Origin: a virus
Length of the DNA: 64,000 nucleotides
Reading direction: 5' to 3' (one strand)
Virus record (IMG/VR): IMGVR_UViG_3300022752_005671
Location: 123,070-187,069 of that record
The first letter of the stretch is position 1; every line of letters begins with the position of its first letter. Below, one piece after another: positions 20,101-29,234 of the stretch. Under the pieces are notes generated by a model. The model searched no databases and was not told the DNA's origin. It saw only the letters and a list, made by a program, of their open reading frames with translations. The position numbers and the translations under genes were made by a program.

Positions 20101-22413
20101 GCAAAAGATGTTCTTGAATCTTTGACTGGAGTATCTCAATCTGGAGATATTTCGCAAGAAGAAGATTCCATTCCTGGTTCTTCATTAACGTCTATTGCTC
20201 CGCTGGACGGACAATCATGGGGAACTTTCACAACTCCTGATGAAATGTTCGGTACACCAAGCGTGGGATTTACTATATTGTTTTTCCTCCTTATGCTTGC
20301 AGTTATTGTCGCGGCATCAATTTTAGGCTCGCCTCCTAAAACTGCCGTCGACGTTCAAGAATCTAAAAGAAAAGCATCTAGAACTCCTAGTGGTGAACTT
20401 GTTTTAGGAAGTTATAGACTTGACCAAGGATCTTTTATCGTTGAAAATGCAATGGGAATTCGCGCGACGAACAATCCTTTTTCAAGGTGTTTATCAGTCG
20501 GGTTGAAGGCGTTCTTTTTAGGAGTTTCAAATGCAAACATCAGCGACGACGACTTGGCTCTAGGAGTTTTAGGCATAGGAGTAGCTGGTTTGATAGGTGA
20601 TGGATCAAAGATAGGAGCTAGCCTCGTCGTAATGAGAACGATAATACGCTCTGGTTTAGTCGTGGCTCAACGAATTGAACAAATATTGAAATCATCACCA
20701 GATCCTGCTTTAGCAGCAGCACAAATCGCATTGAGCGTGTTCAGCTTATTTAAATCTTCTAAACTTGTCGGAGCAATAAACACTTTTTCTCAACTAGGGG
20801 ACGTGATAATAGACAGGCAAGAGGCAATCAAAGATGGAGTTTTAGCTTCTCTCACAACTGATAGGTCTAGCGTCGTGCCGTTACCGGATTCTTTGGATCC
20901 AGGAAAAGCCAATTCGACTGTGATAAAAAACAGATTGTCTTATTTCGATCCAAAAAAAGGTTTCATTTTCAATTCAGAGCTTGCTTGGGCATCAAAAAGA
21001 GCTCCTTCTTTATATCTCATACCTACATCTATTTTAGGATTGCAAAACTTTTCAAATACGAAGCCTAATGGTAGCTCTTTACAAGCATTTGCAGGTGCCG
21101 CAAAATTGTCTTTAGCAGGTAAAGACGACAAGTCTTATGCAACAAAAGTTTATAATTCTACGATCGACGGAAGGATTTCTAACGACGTTAGAGTGTTGTT
21201 AGAAAACAAGTTAGATGCCGAATATGTTCCGTTTTATTTTCATGACGTAAGAACAAATGAAATAGTTTCTTTCCACGCGTTTTTACAAAGTTTAGGTGAT
21301 AATTTCTCAGTATCTTATGAATCAGTGGAAGGATTTGGTAGAGTAGAACCAGTAAAGATTTATAAAGGAACTCAAAGAAAAATTGATTTTAGCTTTACAA
21401 TAGCTGCAACTAGTAAAGATGACTTTGATCACATGTGGTTTAAAATCAACAAATTAGTCACATTGGCATATCCTCAATACACATCAGGAAGAACCCTTGT
21501 TGGTGAAAACTTTCAATTCAAGGCTCCATTCAGTCAAATGATAGGAGCATCGCCGTTGGTTAGATTACGTTTAGGAGATTTGTTCCACTCTAATTATTCA
21601 AGATTTGCGCTGGCAAGATTGTTCGGCGCCACGGATGGAAACATGTCTATTCCCAAAGTTGACGAGCCCGCCACCGCCGTCGATTTAACTGCAGGTATTT
21701 GGGGGGGAAATGATGAACAAAAAAAGAAAGCAGCAAAATGGGCAGCAGCGCTACAATATTTTGATCCTGGAACTTCGAATGATGAAGGTAATGCAACTCA
21801 ACATTTTATAGATAAAACTGTAGTCATTAAGCAAAAATGCATCGAAGGTGAAGCAGATCTTATAGCTGCTGGATTAACAGACGCCAAACAAGTAGTTGAA
21901 GCAAGAATTGCTACCGCAGTTAATGGAATTTATCTTGTTGACATTAAATTTAAAAAAGGAGCGCCAGCTCAATCATCTAGTCCCGGAGACGTCGAATCTG
22001 CTGCAGTAAGTGAAGAAACTGGTGAATTTAAACAAAAACGATACACTAGACAAGCTTTCGAAAGGTTAACAGATAAATCGCTTCAAGAACTTGTTGGAGG
22101 TGACGCTCCGGTACCAGATCCAGAAGGTGCCCTTAACGCTCTTGTAGACTTTATGAATCCTGATAAAAACGTAATTGTTAAATCGTTCGAATCGGCTGGA
22201 GGTAAGGGGCTGGCTGGTGTGATTGAGTCTATGAGTTTTGACTGGTATTCTGGTACGACATGGGAAGTTGAACCTGGGTCAGTTGCACCGAAAATGTGTA
22301 AAGTAACAGTTTCATTCTCACCGATCCATGATATCACTCCTGGAATTGATAGCAAGGGATATAATAGATCTCCTATTTATCCTGTCGGTAACGCGATGAA
22401 TGGTAGGACATAA
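17131..22413 (+). CDS. Giant tail/baseplate protein with C-terminal tube-like (tube initiator, gp48/gp54-like) domain
   Basis: C-terminal YVPFYFHDVRTNEIVSFHAFL..GRVEPVKIYKGTQRKIDFSF..PLVRLRLGD..PKMCKVTVSFSPIHD. Repetitive N-terminal half and a central hydrophobic helix. Confidence 0.65.
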   Translation: MSGTKTGNKGFVNPTDGKVYTVDPVLNGEDGINSDPKTYDPGDMTVDKSVKDIGKKTKITLGTYLSKATKGEVDPYTNVPNKYSIDPSSSSTLPLSLTDNGYPTPPSPTENSEKFAGNLPSSFSQDFASLNQDGQKIKKGLSSVDVPDGHTLLSQAHGVSSPVSSYQNLAFSPQHRTSFVSFSDFKSPPKKLNVSLINLPNEYFKKPNEEAVIPDLLSLDLKKAVQKVSTLTNGVDLESPGAKNVYPVSVPVPEAFNFENLASLTTAEGKYPAPLTVPTGQNKDIFTENPGKSTSDTFAAATSKVDKITTLISKGKKPEIENSILLDGNRLFFKAISVDSNTKIVSLEGPLKNYTEEALKPQYRTSQFVPSNTDILSPGPFDPSLLDYSNTTFTKPGDSTNVNSLNIKKQLKDIFSIAGSLTTKNFYPVSVTALPSITSIKVSDSESAPLTTPNNQNASIFSNDLTSGYSYSKNWPLLWNVIPAESFKKGKSKGKDDAATGNNLVSKEQLDKQGSTIRVYQAWSTEPQYRKSFVNFSDFKTPPKTLDISLINLPNEFFKKPDEEAVVPGLLTLDLKTAVQKAATLTGGTDQESPGLKNKYSIIIKDFKLDDLFSITTNGYPSPLTIADSNEKFDNNLPSSFSERFSSVSSLLKKGKKETGIADGNDLLKNTITTDKFGFTKLNIVLQPYFEKVAQTNFFYPDISNSGLSKDTNQVSFLEKEINVLSPTPNFFPKINIVKTLGKYYGNPGDIIEKDPVTLAELRNKPAEITQQNQYAVSPPPSGIFGNFLTPISNPDTKLPIPLSDAGKGSFISRDLIKPLSKDPSVENFSKGKETPGSFEESAPGVPKVYNGNTLLAKGIPGSDAEAAKIAASGQVVGMQITPGIDPANPLYNYVGGRGSSILEIGNNRFLRGNRPASQFNVALKLSDGRAVSHLKMAQVGTGLLQRAAAEIPAWTADKFNPTGIEASIGSIIPSVAQLGILKVDNALLEAKDVLESLTGVSQSGDISQEEDSIPGSSLTSIAPLDGQSWGTFTTPDEMFGTPSVGFTILFFLLMLAVIVAASILGSPPKTAVDVQESKRKASRTPSGELVLGSYRLDQGSFIVENAMGIRATNNPFSRCLSVGLKAFFLGVSNANISDDDLALGVLGIGVAGLIGDGSKIGASLVVMRTIIRSGLVVAQRIEQILKSSPDPALAAAQIALSVFSLFKSSKLVGAINTFSQLGDVIIDRQEAIKDGVLASLTTDRSSVVPLPDSLDPGKANSTVIKNRLSYFDPKKGFIFNSELAWASKRAPSLYLIPTSILGLQNFSNTKPNGSSLQAFAGAAKLSLAGKDDKSYATKVYNSTIDGRISNDVRVLLENKLDAEYVPFYFHDVRTNEIVSFHAFLQSLGDNFSVSYESVEGFGRVEPVKIYKGTQRKIDFSFTIAATSKDDFDHMWFKINKLVTLAYPQYTSGRTLVGENFQFKAPFSQMIGASPLVRLRLGDLFHSNYSRFALARLFGATDGNMSIPKVDEPATAVDLTAGIWGGNDEQKKKAAKWAAALQYFDPGTSNDEGNATQHFIDKTVVIKQKCIEGEADLIAAGLTDAKQVVEARIATAVNGIYLVDIKFKKGAPAQSSSPGDVESAAVSEETGEFKQKRYTRQAFERLTDKSLQELVGGDAPVPDPEGALNALVDFMNPDKNVIVKSFESAGGKGLAGVIESMSFDWYSGTTWEVEPGSVAPKMCKVTVSFSPIHDITPGIDSKGYNRSPIYPVGNAMNGRT
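17647..17870 (+). repeat. Internal duplication copy A (~75 codons) in the giant tail protein
   Basis: PQHRTSFVSFSDFKSPPKKLNVSLINLPNEYFKKPNEEAVIPDLLSLDLKKAVQK... matches copy B. Confidence 0.85.
18709..18930 (+). repeat. Internal duplication copy B
   Basis: PQYRKSFVNFSDFKTPPKTLDISLINLPNEFFKKPDEEAVVPGLLTLDLKTAVQK... Confidence 0.85.
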
Positions 22414-22415
22414 AC

Positions 22416-22715
22416 ATGGCAGCATTTAGTCGATACAGGACCTCTCCGAAACTTGGATTTAGCTTTCAGTATGGAACGTATAGAGGAATTGCTGCAGTAA
22501 GAAATGCAGTTGCCGCTGGGCTAATTCCAATAAATCAAACAATAACGTTGGCAGAAAATCAACGATTGGATCAGCTTGCTGCAATATATTACAAAGATGC
22601 AAGATTTTGGTGGGTTCTTGCCGCGGCGTCTGACATCGGGTGGGGCTTGCAAGTTCCTCCTGGGACAATAATAAACATTCCTGATATTAACGCTGTCGCA
22701 GCAATAGTTGCATAA
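22416..22715 (+). CDS. LysM-like baseplate wedge protein (gp53/gpX-like)
   Basis: TLAENQRLDQLAAIYYKDARFWWVLAAASDIG..VPPGTIINIP. Confidence 0.8.
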   Translation: MAAFSRYRTSPKLGFSFQYGTYRGIAAVRNAVAAGLIPINQTITLAENQRLDQLAAIYYKDARFWWVLAAASDIGWGLQVPPGTIINIPDINAVAAIVA

Positions 22716-22724
22716 TAAACGTTT

Positions 22725-25700
22725 ATGAAAAAGCTTGATGAAATCTTAGGTCCTAAAAAATCTTTACAAGATTTATACACGGATTTTAAAACGTCAGATG
22801 AAATTGCTCTAGAAAATTTTGAATCCAATAATCCTGGTGAAGACAGGAGCAAATATGCTTCAATAAAAAATTTGCTATTCCCTAGATCACCGGACGGAAT
22901 ACTTTCCGGAGAAAACTTATGGAAAAAAATTCAAGAGTTAGCAACACCAACTGGTGATGAAGACGATGATGCAAATGCTCAATTTATTGCAAGCAAAATT
23001 AGACTTTATCATTATGGTGGACACAGCGTCGATGGTGATTCTAAAGGAAGTCCAGAAGCAGCAAAGGAAATTTCTGAATTTTATAAAGCCCGCGGAGGAA
23101 GACCATCTGCATATAATTGTGCCCAAGCAAACGGATTTGAACATGTCGATGATCCTTTAACCGAAATAATTAAAAGAGCAGTTTCTGAAGTTTTAAATGG
23201 GCTTGGTGAAGAAGCATATATGAAGTCTGCAGTGACCATGATTTTGGTCGATGAACCATCCATAGACTTAAAAATTAGAAATGCTGGTATAACATCTACA
23301 TTCATCAATTACATGCCAGGAATCATGGCTTCTCAAATGGTTCCATTCTTGGATGTTAGGTTTTCTTTGCAAAGAAATGGTTCTGGAAATCTCGGGCAGA
23401 CAACAATGACGCCTATAAAATTTTTATTAGGTGCACAAGACGTTCCAATAGAAGGAGCTAAAGAAGCGACTCGATACATTTATGATGCTTATACTGCGAA
23501 GAAATTTAAACAACAAATACAAACTAGCATGGGAGATATTGAAGAAAACATAGCGAGAGCTCAAAAAGCTAATGCCGGAGGAAAAGCAGTTCAGGCTAAT
23601 AATCCACAAAAAAATAAAACTAAACCTACAGCTGAGATTAAACAATTTTCTGAACAAATTACAACAACCGGAATGGAAATGTTTTTAATGCCACAAACTT
23701 TGATCAATATGGATTATGATCAAGAAACAGTTCCAAGATACAATCCAGTTTTAAATGCGACTCTTCCATTCGGAACAATACTTTCTTTTACAATAAACGT
23801 TACTTCAGCTGGCCACGGCGTTTTTTCATACAAAACTGGAACTTTAACGTTAAAGATTTTTGATCGATCTCGTTTAGTAGAAATTGCTGATTTTTTAAAT
23901 CCAAAGTTGTATGGAAAAGCCACATTATGGATGACGTATGGATGGAGAGCTCCTCATCAATCCAACGGAGACGATAGAAATGAATATCTAGCGATGATCA
24001 ACGAAAATATGTTGAAAAGAGAAGCTTATGGAATATCAAATTCTTCAATTTCAATTGGAGATGATGGAACTGCAACTGTAACGCTACAGTTGTTTATGAA
24101 ATTTTCTAATGAACTTTCTCAAGCTACTCCGACTCTAGGCTCCGCACAATTTGAAATTGAACAAACAAAAATTGAAAGCAAGATGGCGGAAATTAAATTA
24201 ATAGCTCAAAAGTTGGGTTTAGGATCCACAGACGTTGCAGAAATTAGAGGTGGTATGGTCATCGGCGCAGCGCTGAATGGAACTATTCCAACAGGAGATC
24301 CTGCAGTATTGAGACAAGAACTTCTAACCATCTCAAATGGATTTTCAAATCAAACAGATCCAGACGTAACAAAGTTTCTACAATTAGCTGGAGAACTTTA
24401 TTCCATCGCTCAAGGTTCGAACAAAGCCTCCGGCGCTTCTGCTTTAGATACTGCTGCGCAACAAACGACTGAAAACAGATTTGACGTTATAAAAGGAGGA
24501 AATGATCTTGATGTTTGGTCTGTTCCACACGGCAATGGAAACGATAAATTTAAAGATGATGAAACGGAAAACGGATTCGTTCATCCTTTACAAAAAATGC
24601 AAAAACTTTTGTCGGACAGAAACATAACGTATACTAGAGATGGGCGTCAATTAACAGACAATACATTCGGCGGTTTCGGAACGATTTCTTTTGCAAGGTT
24701 AATCGCAACCTATTTAGCGACAACAGCACTTACGATTCAAAACAATGCTGTCGTAGTAGATGAATATCAAATCATCTTTTATAAACTTAATGATCTCGCA
24801 GGTCCTGTCGCAGGAATAAACATAGGAGAGTTTCCTATTGATATGTCAAGATTACTGAAAGCATATTCAGAAGCAATCGTAAAACAAAAAGGCGAAAATA
24901 TGACTTTCTTAAATTTTTTAGAGATTGTCAGAGGGTCTCAAATTAACAATCAGAGACATCACGCTTACGGATTCAGCGATTTGTATGACGCAGAAGGAAA
25001 ATTAAACAACCAGCAAGGAACTGCATCGTCTAATTTATTACAAAGGCAGCTACAAAATCAAGGATTAGGAGGAAGCTTTGTTCTACCTTCTATAGATTTC
25101 TATGTAGAAACAGTAAATTCTTCTGAAGACAATTCTGTGACGGATTTATTAACAACGTTTGAAGTTTCATCAGTGTTTTCTACAAAAGGATATACTCCCG
25201 AAGGATTTAAAAAAATTCTTAGAATTCACATTTATGATAAAGCAACAATTCCTCATAAAGCTGCATCTAGCATATTAAAAAGTGCCGTTGAAGGTTCGTA
25301 TGTAGAAATTGATAATGCGTACATGAGAAAAATTAGATCCCAAGCCGATGCTGCAATTCAAGAGATTAATGATAAAGAAAGACAAATCTCTGAAAGAAAT
25401 AAAAAAGTTGGAGAACTTACAGATCCTAAATCAAAAAAATTTACTGCTAGCGAAGTAAAAATAAATGAAGATAATGTTACTTTTACAGTAGCTGATAAAC
25501 CATACACGGCAAAAACTCGTCAAATTAGTTTTGAAGATGGAAAAGGCCGTCCTCGTTTCGAGCTGGCTAAAAGAGAAATATCTAGCCTTGTTCCGACAAT
25601 AACAATTGGAACAAATGGAACTACGATTAAAAGCGTAAATTATGGTTCAGAACAAGACGCAAAGCTTGCAACCATCATGATGCTAAGAAACAGTGATGGC

Positions 25701-26072
25701 TCTGAAAATACGTCTTCTCCAAATGGAAGTTCTTCTGGCGACCTGCCCCTTAGGGTCATACCCGGATCATTATCCATTACGACCTTAGGTTGTCCGTTAC
25801 TTGAATACATGCAACAATTTTTTATAGATCTTGGAACAGGAACGACAATTGATAATTTATACAACATAACAAGTTTAACTCACAATATTTCTCCTGGAAA
25901 TTTCACGTCAGATGTAAAGTTCACATTCGCTGATGCTTATGGAAAGTACGAAAGCCCGCAAGACGCCACCACTAAACTTACTGCAGATGTTCAAAGAATT
26001 GCTAAACAAGCTAAAGAAGCAACAGAAGCTAAGGCCCGCGCTGGACAAGGATCCGCCCCGGCTAAAAAATAA
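22725..26072 (+). CDS. Baseplate hub protein (gp27/gpD-like)
   Basis: C-terminal SLSITTLGCPLL..QQFFIDLGTGTTIDNLYNITSLTHNISPGNFTS fits the hub signature; position after the LysM gene. Confidence 0.6.
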   Translation: MKKLDEILGPKKSLQDLYTDFKTSDEIALENFESNNPGEDRSKYASIKNLLFPRSPDGILSGENLWKKIQELATPTGDEDDDANAQFIASKIRLYHYGGHSVDGDSKGSPEAAKEISEFYKARGGRPSAYNCAQANGFEHVDDPLTEIIKRAVSEVLNGLGEEAYMKSAVTMILVDEPSIDLKIRNAGITSTFINYMPGIMASQMVPFLDVRFSLQRNGSGNLGQTTMTPIKFLLGAQDVPIEGAKEATRYIYDAYTAKKFKQQIQTSMGDIEENIARAQKANAGGKAVQANNPQKNKTKPTAEIKQFSEQITTTGMEMFLMPQTLINMDYDQETVPRYNPVLNATLPFGTILSFTINVTSAGHGVFSYKTGTLTLKIFDRSRLVEIADFLNPKLYGKATLWMTYGWRAPHQSNGDDRNEYLAMINENMLKREAYGISNSSISIGDDGTATVTLQLFMKFSNELSQATPTLGSAQFEIEQTKIESKMAEIKLIAQKLGLGSTDVAEIRGGMVIGAALNGTIPTGDPAVLRQELLTISNGFSNQTDPDVTKFLQLAGELYSIAQGSNKASGASALDTAAQQTTENRFDVIKGGNDLDVWSVPHGNGNDKFKDDETENGFVHPLQKMQKLLSDRNITYTRDGRQLTDNTFGGFGTISFARLIATYLATTALTIQNNAVVVDEYQIIFYKLNDLAGPVAGINIGEFPIDMSRLLKAYSEAIVKQKGENMTFLNFLEIVRGSQINNQRHHAYGFSDLYDAEGKLNNQQGTASSNLLQRQLQNQGLGGSFVLPSIDFYVETVNSSEDNSVTDLLTTFEVSSVFSTKGYTPEGFKKILRIHIYDKATIPHKAASSILKSAVEGSYVEIDNAYMRKIRSQADAAIQEINDKERQISERNKKVGELTDPKSKKFTASEVKINEDNVTFTVADKPYTAKTRQISFEDGKGRPRFELAKREISSLVPTITIGTNGTTIKSVNYGSEQDAKLATIMMLRNSDGSENTSSPNGSSSGDLPLRVIPGSLSITTLGCPLLEYMQQFFIDLGTGTTIDNLYNITSLTHNISPGNFTSDVKFTFADAYGKYESPQDATTKLTADVQRIAKQAKEATEAKARAGQGSAPAKK

Positions 26073-26107
26073 AAATTACGTTGAATCTTTCTTTGTTTCT
26101 GTTTTTA

Positions 26108-26136
26108 TGTAAATTTTTTTTGCTTGTTGTTATGAT
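26108..26136 (+). promoter_or_regulatory. Sigma70-like promoter (TGTAAA-17-TATGAT)
   Basis: Located at the switch from tail to replication genes. Similar spaced elements precede HD (27340), SSB (28276), thyX (36287), 39448, IMPDH (43535) and dnaE (47436). Confidence 0.45.
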
Positions 26137-26144
26137 CCATCATA

Positions 26145-27335
26145 ATGAATGTCATTATAGGATCTAATCTTTTAGGATCCAAGAAAAATCTATCGTTATC
26201 TACTGACGGGGTTTCATGGGTAGAAAAAATCCAAAATGATTCTTGGTGTCTGTCAGGAGAGATCAAACAAGATCACGATTTTTGTTTGGACACAGTGAGC
26301 CGACTGAATCACATGCCACCGTCTCCTACGGTTCATGAAAAATATAAAAAGTCCATGCATTCATTGATGGAAGGTAATCCTCCTTGGTCAATGATTCTTC
26401 CTAAACAAGAATATAAAAAGTTTTTTGATGACATCATCAATTACTCCAAAGAACTAAAAAATGCAGAAACAGATTACTATCTAAATGCGTGGGTTCCTGG
26501 AAATAAAATTTTAAACATGATTAAACCAGCCAAAACAGATGCTGGAAAGATCAATGACATCGTTTCAACTTCTGCAGTAAATTCTCATGTCGTTGAAACT
26601 TTTCGTCCTCGATCAGGAGGATATGCTTTTCCCGTAACGTATGATCGGTTTGGAACAGTTACTGGTCGCCTTGTCGTTTCGTCTGGGCCGAGCATTCTGT
26701 TGTTAAAGAAGAATTACAGGAACATCTTAAAGCCTTCATTTCCAGATGGAAAAATTGTATCATTGGATTTTTCTTCTTTAGAAGCAAGAATCTTATTGTA
26801 TGAATCAGGCAACGATTGTTCTGAACCTGATTTATATCAGATGCTTTCGAACAAATTCGGCGGAATGTCAAGGGAGATGGTGAAAGCAGCAGTTCTCGCT
26901 GTTCTGTACGGATCTTCAAAATCAGCTGTCGCCCTTCACCTTGGAACATCTGAAGAAAAGATTGCAAAATTGATTGTTCAAATTGAAGATTACATCAGTA
27001 CAAAGTCTTTATTAAAAAGATTAAAACAAGAACACAAAACGACTGGATTCATCAAAAACAGATTTGGAAGAAAAATTCCTGTTGATCGAATGCAAGACAA
27101 CATATTCATCAACTATTATGCTCAAAGCACAGGCGTTGACGTATCATTGATGGGATTTTCAAATATCATGGATGTTTTAGGAATTGAAGGTATAAGACCA
27201 ATATTTGTTCTTCACGACGCGTTGATTCTTGACGTCCACCCAGATAGACTTGCTGATGTATCCAACGTTTCAAAAACAAAGGTTCATGGGTATGATCAGG
27301 AATTTCCAATAAAATTCGAAGAAATTTCGATGTAA
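26145..27335 (+). CDS. polA: Family A DNA polymerase, polymerase domain only
   Basis: TVTGRL, motif A DFSSLEAR, motif B REMVKAAVLAVLYG, NYYAQST, motif C LHDAL. No exonuclease motifs seen. Confidence 0.85.
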   Translation: MNVIIGSNLLGSKKNLSLSTDGVSWVEKIQNDSWCLSGEIKQDHDFCLDTVSRLNHMPPSPTVHEKYKKSMHSLMEGNPPWSMILPKQEYKKFFDDIINYSKELKNAETDYYLNAWVPGNKILNMIKPAKTDAGKINDIVSTSAVNSHVVETFRPRSGGYAFPVTYDRFGTVTGRLVVSSGPSILLLKKNYRNILKPSFPDGKIVSLDFSSLEARILLYESGNDCSEPDLYQMLSNKFGGMSREMVKAAVLAVLYGSSKSAVALHLGTSEEKIAKLIVQIEDYISTKSLLKRLKQEHKTTGFIKNRFGRKIPVDRMQDNIFINYYAQSTGVDVSLMGFSNIMDVLGIEGIRPIFVLHDALILDVHPDRLADVSNVSKTKVHGYDQEFPIKFEEISM

Positions 27336-27376
27336 AAACTTGTACAGAAATTTAAAAAGAATTACGATATGTCATT

Positions 27377-27961
27377 ATGTCATTAACACCTGAAGATATT
27401 GCTGCGAATTTTGATAAGTTTCGTTCTCTTTGCGAGAAGCTTGGTGATCGATCAGAAGCTGCATTGGCAATGGTTGATCATCTAGGCGAACGATTGGCGG
27501 TTTGTCCTGCTTCAAGTCGAAAAGATTTTCATGCAGCATTTCCTGGTGGGTTGGTTGATCATTCTCTTCGTGTTCTTTCCAATGCGATGAAACTTTGTAA
27601 AGCTTTCGGTTGGGAAGTTCAAAAAGATTCACTCATCATTGGTTGTCTCTTCCACGACCTAGGTAAGGTAGGCGACCATGAAAAGGACTACTACGTCCCG
27701 CAGGATTCAGATTGGCACCGCGAGAAGCTTGGCGAGATGTATAAGCATAATAAGGACATGCAATACATGACAGTTCCAGATCGAGGGGTCTGGTTATGTC
27801 AATATTTTGGGTTGAAGTTGACGCAAGCGGAATGGTTGGCAATCAAGCTGAATGATGGTCAGTATGATGATACAAATGCTCCGTATAAGATGAAAGAGCC
27901 AAAATTAGCTGACATCGTTCACATGGCTGATGTTATCTCTACGAAGCAAGAAAAAGAGTGA
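27377..27961 (+). CDS. HD-domain phosphohydrolase
   Basis: FHAAFPGGLVDHSLRV, LFHDLGKVG, HMADVIS. Confidence 0.85.
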   Translation: MSLTPEDIAANFDKFRSLCEKLGDRSEAALAMVDHLGERLAVCPASSRKDFHAAFPGGLVDHSLRVLSNAMKLCKAFGWEVQKDSLIIGCLFHDLGKVGDHEKDYYVPQDSDWHREKLGEMYKHNKDMQYMTVPDRGVWLCQYFGLKLTQAEWLAIKLNDGQYDDTNAPYKMKEPKLADIVHMADVISTKQEKE

Positions 27962-27966
27962 TCTGC

Positions 27967-27974
27967 ATACTTAA
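27967..27974 (+). promoter_or_regulatory. Putative late-promoter element ATACTTAA
   Basis: ATANTTA motif 6 nt before ATG 27981. Confidence 0.45.
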
Positions 27975-27980
27975 TTGATC

Positions 27981-28265
27981 ATGGATTCAAACTTTAGAGA
28001 TTACGTCAGATTAATAATACAAGAAATTTTATCTGAGAATCCGCGAACTGCTTCGCAACTTGTTTCTGATCCAAAAAAATCAGACGTTAAGTCCAAGCAC
28101 AAAGAGGATGAGGACTTGGAAAAGGAAATTGAAGAGTTCAGCAGCGTTGCTGGAGGATCTATCCAGGGATTTACACTTCCTTTGGGGATGAGCCCAGATA
28201 TGCCCGTTGCAGGTTCTAAAAAGCGCAAGAAAAATCCAAAGCGCAAGAACCCAAGTTGGGTGTGA
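27981..28265 (+). CDS. Hypothetical protein with an xxLII-x-E-IL-x-E leader
   Basis: N-terminal VRLIIQEILSE; EFSSVAGGSIQGFTLPLG segment. Confidence 0.65.
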   Translation: MDSNFRDYVRLIIQEILSENPRTASQLVSDPKKSDVKSKHKEDEDLEKEIEEFSSVAGGSIQGFTLPLGMSPDMPVAGSKKRKKNPKRKNPSWV

Positions 28266-28380
28266 ATAAAAGCGTTGAACACAAAATAAAGTTTGTGGTA
28301 GGGTAATCATTACCTGCAATCAAGCAGGGTAGTATTCCTGCCACAGGTACGGAATAGGAAAAGGAAAAGGAAAAAATATT

Positions 28381-29217
28381 ATGGCAATCGATCTAGAAGC
28401 AATTAAGCGTCGCGTAGCAGAGCTCAGTGGTGTCAAGAAGACTTCTTCAGTCCAACTTTGGAAGCCAAGTCTAGGAGAGCACAAGGTAAGATGTCTTCCG
28501 TGGAAGAATTCACCAGATGGTCAACCATTTGCTGAACGATGGTTTTATTACATCGGTGAAAACGCAGGAATTCTCGCTCCAAATCAGTTTGGTAAGCCAG
28601 ATCCAATTAATGATTTGATTCGTAAGCTGTACAGCAGCGGTAAACCAGATGATCGCGTTCTTGCCAAGAAGCTAGCTCCAAAGATGCGATGCTATGCTCC
28701 TGTCATCGTCCGCGGTGAAGAAGACAAGGGTGTTCAGGTTTGGGCATTCGGCAAACTAGTTTATCAACGAATGCTTGGATTCTTCCTTGATGAGGAGGTT
28801 GGTGATATCCTTTCTCCGACAGAAGGTTTCGATCTAAAGGTCTCCATTACTAAGCAACCAGGTAAGCAATTTAATGACACAACAGTTGATCCTGCGCGCA
28901 GGCCATCAAAACTTCATGAGGACTCAAAGACGATGGAACAATGGCTAAATTCAATTCCAAACATTGACGATATGTATCGTCTCAAGTCGACCCAGGAAAT
29001 TGAAACAGTTCTTAATAATTGGTTGAATGGTGGATCAACTGCTGATGCAACGCCCGAAATGTCCAGAGGCGTTGCAACGACGGATGCGCTAGATGACCTC
29101 GTCGCAGAGGTTAAATCATCTGACGCAAAGACAACTGCCAAGAAGTCAAAGAAAGATGATGATGGAAAAAAGCAATCTCTTGATGATGCATTTGCAGATT
29201 TGATGAATGATGATTGA
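28381..29217 (+). CDS. Single-stranded DNA-binding protein (T4 gp32-like)
   Basis: LWKPSLGEHKVRCLP, APVIVRGEEDKGVQVWAFGK, GFDLKV, acidic tail DAFADLMNDD; sits beside RecA. Confidence 0.85.
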   Translation: MAIDLEAIKRRVAELSGVKKTSSVQLWKPSLGEHKVRCLPWKNSPDGQPFAERWFYYIGENAGILAPNQFGKPDPINDLIRKLYSSGKPDDRVLAKKLAPKMRCYAPVIVRGEEDKGVQVWAFGKLVYQRMLGFFLDEEVGDILSPTEGFDLKVSITKQPGKQFNDTTVDPARRPSKLHEDSKTMEQWLNSIPNIDDMYRLKSTQEIETVLNNWLNGGSTADATPEMSRGVATTDALDDLVAEVKSSDAKTTAKKSKKDDDGKKQSLDDAFADLMNDD

Positions 29218-29234
29218 TGTAGAGATTTAGAATG

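Noticed and set aside
1-26072. Bacterial extracellular contractile injection system (Afp/PVC-like), suggested by the multiple sheaths
   Set aside because: The module has a long tape measure gene and is contiguous with phage-type replication genes (gp32-like SSB, gp41-like helicase, homing endonucleases); no cellular genes are present.
27377-27961. DatZ-like dATPase of a 2-aminoadenine (Z) genome
   Set aside because: No PurZ/adenylosuccinate synthetase homolog is in the window, and the modification genes present point to cytosine.
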